From positions 1 through 64,000 of the IMG/VR virus record IMGVR_UViG_3300042366_000756: a stretch of 64,000 bases of DNA; one strand, written 5' to 3'. The position numbers and the translations under genes were made by a program. Positions 55,030-64,000 of the stretch are shown here, piece by piece; position 1 is the first letter of the stretch, and each line of letters begins with the position of its first letter. The notes beneath the pieces were generated by a model that saw only the letters and a list, made by a program, of their open reading frames with translations, ran no database searches and had not been told where the DNA came from. This DNA comes from a virus. Taxonomy: Duplodnaviria; Caudoviricetes.

Positions 55030-55706
55030 TGATAGCGAGAACAAGCACGGCGTCTTTTACTAAACAAATGAATAATATTGTTAACTATTCCCTTGGATTT
55101 TTAGAAGGCGTTGACCGTGGTAAAAAAATATTTTTTGATAAGTTGGGAGCAGGCGCCATTCAAGCGTTAGCACAATACATTGATGTACAGGCTAGGGCTA
55201 ATCCAAAAACACTACATCATGTCTATGAGTGGAATCAAGTTAGTAGTCCAAGTGCAAGACTATTTAACTTAGGTTACACAGTTAGTAACTTAGGGCTTTC
55301 TGTTAATTCTACATTTAAACAATCAAGAAGTGTTTCTGAAAATATGACCACTCCATTTTATAGTAAAGCAAGAATTATGGAAGAAGGAATTCCAGTAATT
55401 ATTACGCCAACAAAATCTAAGGTTTTAAAATTTAATGGACCCAACGGAGAAGTATTTACAAGTAAACCAATTAAGATTGAAAACCCAGGAGGAGACTTTG
55501 TTGTTGGTGGTTTTGAATCTGCCTTTGATGAGTTTATGACTAGATACTTTAAACAATCTTTTTTAAAAGCATCTGGAGTTTATGACTATATTAAAAAGCC
55601 AACACTATACAAGAAAAACTTTAAGGCTGGCTCAGTGGCGGGTAGAAGTAAGGGAATTAACACAGGGTTTAAATGGATAACTAATGCAACAATTGGAGTA
55701 GAATAA
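55029..55706 (+). CDS. Neck/tail completion protein
   Basis: GTG start; position; ARIME.G. Confidence 0.55.
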   Translation: MIARTSTASFTKQMNNIVNYSLGFLEGVDRGKKIFFDKLGAGAIQALAQYIDVQARANPKTLHHVYEWNQVSSPSARLFNLGYTVSNLGLSVNSTFKQSRSVSENMTTPFYSKARIMEEGIPVIITPTKSKVLKFNGPNGEVFTSKPIKIENPGGDFVVGGFESAFDEFMTRYFKQSFLKASGVYDYIKKPTLYKKNFKAGSVAGRSKGINTGFKWITNATIGVE

Positions 55707-55710
55707 GACT

Positions 55711-56277
55711 ATGGCTATATTAACTGATACTGGATTTCCACCAACTTTCTTAAACAGATATATTTTATCTGAGTTGCAACACTATGAACTTATAGCAGAG
55801 TCAGAAGGCCTAAGTCCAATGATTCCAGCACAGTTTCCAACAAACATTGAAGACTTGTATAACGATAGTATTCAAATTAGACAAACAGAAAGTCCTATCT
55901 TAATTGTTTACGATAGATTGATGAGATTTAGGCCTACTCCATTTTATTTACAAAAAAGAGAGCAATTGATATATTTTATTTATTCTACAGATGTTGGTAA
56001 GTTAATAGACACTGTTCGTGTTATATCCAGTGCCCTTGATCGTGAAGACTCATCTGCAGAGGATGTAAATAAATATAATATTAATAACCCTATACTAGAT
56101 GATAATGCAGATATTTCTACCCCTTTTAATATTATGTTTCATAGCACAAGGGTATACCAGGCAGACGAAAGCAGGGACGTAGCAGAACTAGCCTCAGCAA
56201 GAACCCTCTTTGTAAACAAGTTAATTGTTGAATATGACTATCATGTTGCGGTTGACTCAGATTCTAGGTATACATAA
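55711..56277 (+). CDS. Tail terminator-like protein
   Basis: Position directly before the tail tube gene. Confidence 0.5.
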   Translation: MAILTDTGFPPTFLNRYILSELQHYELIAESEGLSPMIPAQFPTNIEDLYNDSIQIRQTESPILIVYDRLMRFRPTPFYLQKREQLIYFIYSTDVGKLIDTVRVISSALDREDSSAEDVNKYNINNPILDDNADISTPFNIMFHSTRVYQADESRDVAELASARTLFVNKLIVEYDYHVAVDSDSRYT

Positions 56278-56351
56278 AAAGCGGTATAATTGGTTTTAGA
56301 GGAAACACGCCAAACAACTTAATAAATACTTTATGAAAGAGGTGAAATAAT

Positions 56352-56993
56352 ATGCCATATAGCCGTGGTACGTCAAATAACATTATCGTAGGTGCAGCAG
56401 CATTCTTCATTAATGATAATACTTTGACTCCAACAACTTTAGGATCACTAGCAGTAATTGATTCAAGTGAGTCTTATAAAGACACACTTACATCCGCTGC
56501 TTCCTATACAAACGTTGGTTACACAATGAACGGTCTTGAATTACAGTTCCAACCAGACTTCGGTGAAGTTCAGGTAGATCAAATTCTTGACGTTGCAAGA
56601 CTATACAAGCAAGGTATGCAGGTAAATCTTGCTACCGCTTTTGCTGAAGCAACCCTAGAAAACTTGCTCGTAGCATTAGCATACTCTGATGACAAAGTTA
56701 CAGGAAACAAAAATGCATCTACAGGTCAAACACTTAACCTGAGTGCAGGAGACATTGGAGATGTTCCAGTAGAACGAGGAATCGTTGCTGTTGGTCCAGG
56801 ATCTGGTGACCCAGCAACATTTGCGGATAAAGAACGTATCTACGCAGCATACCGTGCTCTTTCAATTGAGAACGTAACTGTGTCAGCAAAGCGTGACGAA
56901 CCGTCAATGTTTGAAGTTTCATTCCGTCTTCTTCCTGAAGATACATCAGGTTCCTATGGTAAGATCATTGATCGTACCTATGGACAATCATAA
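56352..56993 (+). CDS. Major tail tube protein
   Basis: VGYT.NGLEL.FQPDF.EV.VDQ, ATLENL; followed by terminator and chaperones. Confidence 0.8.
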   Translation: MPYSRGTSNNIIVGAAAFFINDNTLTPTTLGSLAVIDSSESYKDTLTSAASYTNVGYTMNGLELQFQPDFGEVQVDQILDVARLYKQGMQVNLATAFAEATLENLLVALAYSDDKVTGNKNASTGQTLNLSAGDIGDVPVERGIVAVGPGSGDPATFADKERIYAAYRALSIENVTVSAKRDEPSMFEVSFRLLPEDTSGSYGKIIDRTYGQS

Positions 56994-57013
56994 TCTAAAC
57001 TTAGATTAACTCA

Positions 57014-57047
57014 AGACCCACCTTTAATTAGGTGGGTTTTTTGTTTT
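57014..57047 (+). terminator. Intrinsic terminator after tail tube gene
   Basis: ACCCACCT/AGGTGGGT stem plus T tract. Confidence 0.85.
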
Positions 57048-57070
57048 GCCTGTGATAGAATAGAAAGATT

Positions 57071-57766
57071 ATGGCAACAACCGTTTATAAAAATAAAATA
57101 ATTAAACTCATTGATGGTACAGAACTGGAGATTGTTCCATTAAAAATAAAATATTTACGTGAGTTTATGGATGCATTTGAGGATGTTAAAACTGCCAAAA
57201 ATGATGATGAAGCAATAGATTTTTTAGTTGAGTGTGTAAGAATTACAATGAAACAATATTATCCAGGAATAAATTTAACAAAATCTGATGTAGAGGATAG
57301 TCTTGATTTGCCAACTATATACACAGTATTAGATGTTTCTGCGGGTATAAAAATTAATCAAAAATCTGAAGAAACAGTAAAAGATCAAGCAACAGAAAGT
57401 GGTTCAACCTGGTCAGAATTGGATCTAGCCAAGATTGAGTCTGAAGTATTTTTATTGGGTATATGGAAAGATTACAGAGAATTAGAAGAGTCTTTATCTA
57501 TGCCAGAATTAATTGCAACCCTTTCAAGTCGTAGAGAACTTGACTATCAAGAAAAGAAATTTTTGGCTGCAATTCAGGGGGTAGATTTAGATGCTCAGTC
57601 TGGAGAATCAAAGGGGCAAAAAGAATGGGAAGATATGAAGGCTAGAGTTTTTAGTAAGGGCAAGACTGGTGATGGGAAAGACATATTAGCACTTCAAGGA
57701 CAAAATGCTGTAAAAGCAGGGTTTGGCATTGGTTACGGCCTTGATTACGAAGATTTAACAAAATAA
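57071..57766 (+). CDS. Tail assembly chaperone, long in-frame G-T-like form
   Basis: N-terminal 105 aa align with 57824..58153; C-terminal W.DY.ELE.SLS.PEL domain. Confidence 0.7.
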   Translation: MATTVYKNKIIKLIDGTELEIVPLKIKYLREFMDAFEDVKTAKNDDEAIDFLVECVRITMKQYYPGINLTKSDVEDSLDLPTIYTVLDVSAGIKINQKSEETVKDQATESGSTWSELDLAKIESEVFLLGIWKDYRELEESLSMPELIATLSSRRELDYQEKKFLAAIQGVDLDAQSGESKGQKEWEDMKARVFSKGKTGDGKDILALQGQNAVKAGFGIGYGLDYEDLTK

Positions 57767-57823
57767 AATAATAAAAAATAAGTTTCAACATGCTATAATT
57801 AACATAACCTATAGGAGGAAATA

Positions 57824-58153
57824 ATGGCAACAACTACGTATGAGGAAACTACTCTTACATTAATTGATGGCACAAAGGTTACAGTACGTCCTCTAAAAAT
57901 TTCTCTACTTCGTCCGTTTATGAAGAAGTTTGAGGGTGTGGGAGCAGTGGCGGAAGATAATGGCAAGTCTATGGACATTCTTATGGAGTGTGTGCAGATT
58001 GCAATGAAACAATACAAGCCAGAACTCTCTGAAGACGTAAAAAAACTAGAGGAGAATATTGATCTCCCAACAGTTTACAAGATCGTAGAAGCAGCATCAG
58101 GTATTAAACTTGCTGAAGTTTCAGACGTTCTTGGCGTAACTATGGCTGAATAA
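57824..58153 (+). CDS. Tail assembly chaperone, short G-like form
   Basis: MATT.Y....L.LIDGT...V.PLKI..LR.FM..F...DLPTVY.I...ASGIK shared with 57071; own promoter and AGGAGG SD. Confidence 0.7.
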   Translation: MATTTYEETTLTLIDGTKVTVRPLKISLLRPFMKKFEGVGAVAEDNGKSMDILMECVQIAMKQYKPELSEDVKKLEENIDLPTVYKIVEAASGIKLAEVSDVLGVTMAE

Positions 58154-58175
58154 TTTAAAAGAGGTGTGAGACTAA

Positions 58176-61100
58176 ATGGCTGATGTTAATGCTAATATTG
58201 GTATTAATATTGATTCCTCTAATGCATTAACACAGTTAAAAGCATTACAGCGTCAAATATCTCAGTTTCACACCTCAATATCTAGATCAAGTGAAGCAGC
58301 AGCCCTTGCACAACGGGGATTACAAAAGAATCTTTTAAATAGCATAAATTCTATTGGCGCATTCTCTGCTGAAATGCGTACAGTCAAAACATCTGCAGAA
58401 TCATTTACCAATTCATTAGAAAAAAATAAATTTTCAATGCGGGAATACTTCCGCTATGCGGGAGCATCTACAAAAACATTTGGCAGACTATTTAAATCAG
58501 AGTTTGACACAATTGGTAAGGTATCAGAAGAACGTGTAAAAACATTACAAACCCAATACATTAAAATGGGTCGCAATGTTAACGGGGTAATGGAAGCAAT
58601 TGCTATTAGACCTACTAGCCTTAACATGCAAGACTATGGCACAAAAACAGCAATAGCAGCACAAAAACAAGCATTATTTAATCAGTTAATGAAACAAGGA
58701 TCTACCAATCTATTAAACTTTGGTAAGAATACACAATGGGCTGGACGTCAATTAATGGTTGGTTTTACGCTTCCACTTATGGCTGTAGGAACAGCAGCAG
58801 CAAAAGCATTTATGGATATGGAAGCGCAAGCAATTAGATTTAAAAAAGTTTATGGAGATTTATTTACTCCACAAGAAGAAACACAGGCAGCGCTAGATAA
58901 CATTACAGAACTTGGAAAACAGTTTACAAAGTATGGAGTAGCAGTATCTACTACCGTTGGTTTAGCAGCAGAAGCAGCAGCAGCAGGTTTTCAAGGTTTA
59001 GATTTACAACGTCAAACAACAGAAGCAACACGTCTTTCTATTCTTGGTCAAGTTGATAGTCAAAAGGCTCTTGAAACAACCATTTCATTGCAAAATGCTT
59101 TTGGTATGTCATCCGAAAAACTTGCAGAATCAATTGATTTTCTTAACGCAGTAGAAAACCAAACAGTTGTATCTCTTGATGATATTACTACTGCAATTCC
59201 AAAGGTAGCGCCAGTTATTCAGCAACTAGGCGGAGATGTAAAAGATTTAACATTCTTTATGGCTGCTATGAAAGAGGGTGGCATCAATGCATCCGAAGGT
59301 GCAAACGCACTTAAGTCTGGCCTTGCAGCATTAATTAATCCAACAACAAAAGCAAGTGCAATGCTTGCTAGTTTTGGAATTAATGCAGATGCTATTGTTG
59401 AAAAAAATAAGGGAAATCTTAAAGCAACAGTATTAGAGTTTGCAACAGCACTCAACCAACTAGATCCACTTAATCGTGCTAGAGCAATTGAACAAATGTT
59501 TGGTAAGTTTCAGTTTGCTCGTTTGTCAACATTATTTGCTAACGTAGCCAAAGATGGAAATCAGGCTGCTCGTGTTCTTGATTTAGCAAATTCTTCTGTT
59601 GAAGATCTTGCATCTTTGTCTGAAAAAGAATTAGGTATGACTGCAGAATCTTCAATGAATAAATTTAAAAAGTCAGTTGAAGATCTTAAGGTTGCCCTTG
59701 TTCCAGTCGGTCAAGCATTTTTAGAAGCAGCAACACCAATTGTAGAATTTGTTGGAAATATATTAGAAAAATTTGCTAACCTTTCATCTGGAACCAAAAG
59801 ACTTATTACTTTACTAACAATCGGCATTGGAGCCATTGGTCCAGTATTGCTTATGACGTTTGGTTTGCTTGCAAATGGTGTAGCAAACATTATTAAATTG
59901 TTCTTAACACTTCGTGGCGGGTATCAAAGATTAACTGGTCAATCACAAATGCTAGCAGAGCAAACACAGTATATGACCATGGAGCAACTAGATGCTGCAG
60001 CAGCAGCCCACTCTCTTAATCAAACACATGCAAATTTAACACAAACATTTACTGCTGAAGTAACTCAAATAAATAAACTTATAGCAGCATATAACTCAGC
60101 AGCAGGAGCAGCAAGAAACTTCTCAATGAATAATCCTGGAATGATGATGCCAGGAAGAATTGCTAAAAAGTTTGCACAAGGAGGAATGATCTCAGGTCCT
60201 GGAGGACCAACCTCTGACTCAATTCCAGTAATGGCATCTAATGGAGAAGCAATCATTTCTGCAAAAACAGTCAAAAAGTATCCTGGAATAATTGATGGAT
60301 TAATTTCTGGAAATATACCTGGATTTAAACGAACTGGAATTGTTGGAAGAACAATAGGAACAGCAGTGGATGTACCTGGAGGTTTTGCTGCTGCACACTT
60401 TGGTGGAAGCAATGAAGCAACAGGAGCACAACTTATTGAAATAAGTAAAGAAGCAACTCAATCTGTTCAGAATGCAATTTTACAGATGGTTAATTCTTTT
60501 GACGATGGAATGCAAAAAAGATTTACGGCATTTACTAATGAAGTTATTGGAACATCAACTGAATTAAACAGAGCAGTTGGAAAACAAGGAAGTGGTAAGA
60601 AAGCGTTAACCAGTTTAGCAAAAAGAGATCTTGTTGAAAGAGGTGAGTTTAGAGATATTGAACTTCAAAGACAATTAACAAATGCAGGAACCTCTGTTGA
60701 AGAGTTTAAGGTAATTAATAAAAAAATAACAGAAGAAATTAAAATTGGTTTTGACAAACTTGGAGACATTACAGAAGTTACTGCTGAAGATTTAGATAAA
60801 TTAGTTAGTGATGCTTATAATAAAGTTGCTGAAACTGATAAAAGAGTAAAAGATGCTCAAACCAAAATGCGTAAAGTTTCTGTGGTAACAGATCCAAGAA
60901 ATGACTCACGAATTGCTGTTGGAAAAGATCCATACATAAAATCTAGAAAAAGTGGAAAATATTTTGGTGGTATGCAACAAATGGCTGGCAGTTCTAGCCT
61001 TCCTTATGAAAAAAATGCAAGATTTACAATTACAAAAGATATGGCACAAGGTCTTGGAAAAACAACACAAGAAGCAGCAATTATTTATAATAAGTTTTCT

Positions 61101-64000
61101 GATGAAACAAAAAGAAGGTTAGCGGGATTAAGAACAGATTTAAATGCATTTACAAAAGAATTTACTATAGAGGCAGCAAAGGTTGGGTCTAAGGTAGGAG
61201 CAGCAGCGGTTAATGCAACTGCAACAGCAGCAGGAACAGCATCCCCATCTAGAAAAACTAGAAAGACTGGTGAAGATATTGGTCGTGGTCTTGAAGAGGG
61301 AATGAAGAGTAGACAGGACGATGTTGCTTTAATAGGATCTCAGTTAGGCAAGGCTGCAACAGGTGGAGTTAAAGGTGGAGTTGGACCTATTCCGTTTAGA
61401 GGGCCAGGGCAACCAGGATTAGTTGCTGCAAATGCGCCAAGCCCAGGTGTTTCTTTAGCAGATGTTACTGCAAAAGCAAGAATGAACAGAGAAACACTCC
61501 TATCAATACAACAACAAAAACGTATGTCAGTAATGAATCAGAGAATGGATAGACTAAATAAAGGCTTTATGTCTGGTACTTTTGCACTATCTGCCCTATC
61601 AGGTGTGGCTTCAATGGCTGGCGGAAATCTAGGAAAATTCTCTGAAATACTGTTTCAAATAACTGGACCACTTTTTGCTTTATCTTCTATCATTCAACTA
61701 TTAACTGGAAACAAAATAGTTTCAATTATTTCTAAATTTAAAGGTGCTTTTGGACTTGCGTCTATCGCTTTAACTGCTGGAATAATAGCAATAAAACTTT
61801 CTAATAGCGCAAGAGAAAAAGAACGAATGGCTATTGAAGGTTTAGCCAATGCAATAACAACTACAAAAACAAAACTTGAAACACTTGGAGAATTTTTTGG
61901 AGTTACTCCTACAGCAAGGGCTGGAACTGATGCCGTTCTTTCTAGTATACAAGCAAAACCAAATGAACGATCACAAATTCAAGCATTAAAGAAAACAGAA
62001 AGTTTTCAAAAAGACTTTGAAAAAGATATTAGTGCTTTATCTAAGGCAACAAATGAAGAAGCCTTATTAGCACTGCAAACATTAGCATTAGATTTGCGTG
62101 GACAGGGTTTTGCAAAAGCACAAGTAGATATAATTATAAAAGCGTTATTAGAAGAGGCTGACAAATCTAAACTTATTCTAAAATTTGGACAGTTGGATTT
62201 ATCAAAAGAAGAAGGAAGAGTAGGAGCAATAGCCTTAGCACAAGATATTACAAAAAACTTTAATGCAGAATTTGAAAAAGGAATTGAAAAAACAAGAGAA
62301 ATACTTTCTGTTAGAGGCGGAGTAACAAGTTATGGTCCAGAAATAATTAAGTTGACCAATGAACAACAAAAACAATTAAAGTTAGGATCTCAAGAGTTAA
62401 GCAATGTCCTTGCTGGAGTTAGTGGACAATTTAAAGCAGGAGCGATGAGCGGTTCTGAATACACAGACACAATTTTAAAAATTCTTAAGCCAACAGAAGA
62501 TACTGCATACGCAAATTTATTATTAAAAGAAACTTTAATTTCTATAAATCCAGAATATGCCAAAGCAACTGCTGGAGTAAAAGATTATGAAACAAGGTTG
62601 CTGCTAGTTCGGGCTGCACTTCTTGGAGTTGCAGTTGCAGAAGAACTAGTGTTAACTACAATAAATGGTAGCGTCTATGAGCAAGAATCAGCAAGAGCCA
62701 AAATAAGAAAAATGCTTGAACAAACAGAAAAAGATATAAATAATCAAAATAAAATCACTGCCGCTGCAACTCAAACTGGCAAAGCAGAACTAAAAGGATT
62801 AGCAGCAAAAATTAAAGCACTTAAAGATCAAACCAAAGCCTTCACAACTTTGATTGGAAAACAGATTGATTTTAAAACTGCTATAGAGTTAACAAACGAT
62901 GCTGAAATAGTTAAAGAAATTCTTGATATTAATGCAATAAAAAATACAACAAAAAGAAATAAAGCATTAAAAGAATTTATCAATCTTACACAAAAATATA
63001 TAAAAGTAAATCAAGAAAATCAAGATACTGTTGCTGACCCAAGAGATAAAGAAATTGCACGTTTAGACAATTTACAAAAAATTATAGCACTTAATGAATA
63101 CCTTATTGATTTACGCACTGCTCCTGAAATTAAAGCATTTAATGATGAAATAGAAAATCAAGAAGGACTTTTACAAAATGTTAACGATGAAATTGATAAA
63201 ATTAATAATAATAGAATTAAACCAATTCAAAAAATAATTGATGCAAATAACTTTGTCCTTGAACAAATATCTTTACAAGAAGATGCAATTAATGAAAAAT
63301 ATGAAAAACAAATATCAGCATTAGAAAAAATTGAAACAATTAATCAAGATATTGCTAACACTCAAAAACAAAGACTTTCTATTGCAGATGCTTTAACTCG
63401 TGGAGATATTTCTGCTGCTGCACAACTTGTACAAGAAGCAAAAGCACAGCAAGCACAAAACGCATTTTCTAGACAAAAGGATGCTTTAACTTCTAATCGT
63501 GATAATCAAATAGCAGCATTAGGAAGAAATGCTATTGAAAAACAAAACAAACAACTTCAACTAGACATTAGCACAATTGAAAGAGAAAAACTATTAACTC
63601 TCCAAGAACAAAAACAAACAATTGAAAACAAAATTGAAGCAACAAATCGTGAACTTAAAGTTCTTAACACTAAAGTTGAAAAAGAAAAAGATTCTGCAAC
63701 TTATGCTGGTACAACTAGATCAGAGATTGATAAAACAAAAACACTTCTTGAACTAAGCAAAGGACCATTAGATGCTAACGCTGCAGCAATTGCAGCATCG
63801 GCTACAAGTGCTAAAAACTTAGCAAACGAACTTGAAAGAGCCCTTAAGGCTACGCTTGCTATGCAAAATAAAACAAATATTCCTGGGTCAACAGGTAATA
63901 ATGAAGCAAATACAAAGCCTACGGGGTTTTTTACAACTACAGGCGCTGGCGGAGTAAAGATAACTACTCCTTGGGATACAGGAGCAGGTAAATCAATTAA
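58176..64000 (+). CDS. Tape measure protein (partial, >1,940 aa; not in ORF track)
   Basis: ATG 58176 (MADVNANIGINID); reading frame checked at both ends and still open at the window edge; TP901-like core, GG.ISGPGGPTSDSIP motif, Ala-rich helices. Confidence 0.9.
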   Translation, partial: MADVNANIGINIDSSNALTQLKALQRQISQFHTSISRSSEAAALAQRGLQKNLLNSINSIGAFSAEMRTVKTSAESFTNSLEKNKFSMREYFRYAGASTKTFGRLFKSEFDTIGKVSEERVKTLQTQYIKMGRNVNGVMEAIAIRPTSLNMQDYGTKTAIAAQKQALFNQLMKQGSTNLLNFGKNTQWAGRQLMVGFTLPLMAVGTAAAKAFMDMEAQAIRFKKVYGDLFTPQEETQAALDNITELGKQFTKYGVAVSTTVGLAAEAAAAGFQGLDLQRQTTEATRLSILGQVDSQKALETTISLQNAFGMSSEKLAESIDFLNAVENQTVVSLDDITTAIPKVAPVIQQLGGDVKDLTFFMAAMKEGGINASEGANALKSGLAALINPTTKASAMLASFGINADAIVEKNKGNLKATVLEFATALNQLDPLNRARAIEQMFGKFQFARLSTLFANVAKDGNQAARVLDLANSSVEDLASLSEKELGMTAESSMNKFKKSVEDLKVALVPVGQAFLEAATPIVEFVGNILEKFANLSSGTKRLITLLTIGIGAIGPVLLMTFGLLANGVANIIKLFLTLRGGYQRLTGQSQMLAEQTQYMTMEQLDAAAAAHSLNQTHANLTQTFTAEVTQINKLIAAYNSAAGAARNFSMNNPGMMMPGRIAKKFAQGGMISGPGGPTSDSIPVMASNGEAIISAKTVKKYPGIIDGLISGNIPGFKRTGIVGRTIGTAVDVPGGFAAAHFGGSNEATGAQLIEISKEATQSVQNAILQMVNSFDDGMQKRFTAFTNEVIGTSTELNRAVGKQGSGKKALTSLAKRDLVERGEFRDIELQRQLTNAGTSVEEFKVINKKITEEIKIGFDKLGDITEVTAEDLDKLVSDAYNKVAETDKRVKDAQTKMRKVSVVTDPRNDSRIAVGKDPYIKSRKSGKYFGGMQQMAGSSSLPYEKNARFTITKDMAQGLGKTTQEAAIIYNKFSDETKRRLAGLRTDLNAFTKEFTIEAAKVGSKVGAAAVNATATAAGTASPSRKTRKTGEDIGRGLEEGMKSRQDDVALIGSQLGKAATGGVKGGVGPIPFRGPGQPGLVAANAPSPGVSLADVTAKARMNRETLLSIQQQKRMSVMNQRMDRLNKGFMSGTFALSALSGVASMAGGNLGKFSEILFQITGPLFALSSIIQLLTGNKIVSIISKFKGAFGLASIALTAGIIAIKLSNSAREKERMAIEGLANAITTTKTKLETLGEFFGVTPTARAGTDAVLSSIQAKPNERSQIQALKKTESFQKDFEKDISALSKATNEEALLALQTLALDLRGQGFAKAQVDIIIKALLEEADKSKLILKFGQLDLSKEEGRVGAIALAQDITKNFNAEFEKGIEKTREILSVRGGVTSYGPEIIKLTNEQQKQLKLGSQELSNVLAGVSGQFKAGAMSGSEYTDTILKILKPTEDTAYANLLLKETLISINPEYAKATAGVKDYETRLLLVRAALLGVAVAEELVLTTINGSVYEQESARAKIRKMLEQTEKDINNQNKITAAATQTGKAELKGLAAKIKALKDQTKAFTTLIGKQIDFKTAIELTNDAEIVKEILDINAIKNTTKRNKALKEFINLTQKYIKVNQENQDTVADPRDKEIARLDNLQKIIALNEYLIDLRTAPEIKAFNDEIENQEGLLQNVNDEIDKINNNRIKPIQKIIDANNFVLEQISLQEDAINEKYEKQISALEKIETINQDIANTQKQRLSIADALTRGDISAAAQLVQEAKAQQAQNAFSRQKDALTSNRDNQIAALGRNAIEKQNKQLQLDISTIEREKLLTLQEQKQTIENKIEATNRELKVLNTKVEKEKDSATYAGTTRSEIDKTKTLLELSKGPLDANAAAIAASATSAKNLANELERALKATLAMQNKTNIPGSTGNNEANTKPTGFFTTTGAGGVKITTPWDTGAGKSI

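Noticed and set aside
59219-60412. Minus-strand ORFs 59219..59455 and 60065..60412
   Set aside because: Antisense to the continuous tape measure frame
1-64000. Prophage or integration features and alternative genetic code
   Set aside because: No integrase, repressor, att-like pair or host housekeeping genes seen; known proteins translate full length in code 11

Overview
The window is a 64-kb, AT-rich segment of a tailed dsDNA phage with a long non-contractile tail (portal, protease/scaffold, HK97-type capsid, tail tube, tape measure >1,900 aa running off the right edge). An actinobacterial host is inferred from the regulatory motifs, leaderless genes, GP88 and DUF932. Layout: (1) 1-7.7 kb, sugar and hydroxylation tailoring cluster (3 glycosyltransferases, UDP-glucose dehydrogenase, carbamoyltransferase, three 2OG-Fe(II) oxygenases); (2) 7.7-9.1 kb, gene-poor repeat zone; (3) 9.1-20.2 kb, early region of small genes diverging from about 19.1 kb, with tRNA-Asp and very dense regulatory DNA; (4) 22.4-34.7 kb, tail fibre and accessory virion genes; (5) 34.8-41.8 kb, seven more 2OG oxygenases, two DUF6065-like proteins and an SDR; (6) 41.9-45.1 kb, B12 module (NrdJ, DUF4430-like protein, PduO); (7) 45.1-64 kb, head and tail morphogenesis. 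Strongest leads: eight early promoters match the actinobacterial PafBC/RecA-NDp DNA-damage promoter (TGTCAG-N10-TAnnnT) and sit among CRP, DnaA and LexA-type boxes; a six-copy covarying hairpin follows early genes; and two FN3-type proteins carry pure Pro/Phe tails, one directly upstream of the prolyl-hydroxylase-like cluster. All family calls come from motif recognition by eye; no database search was run.
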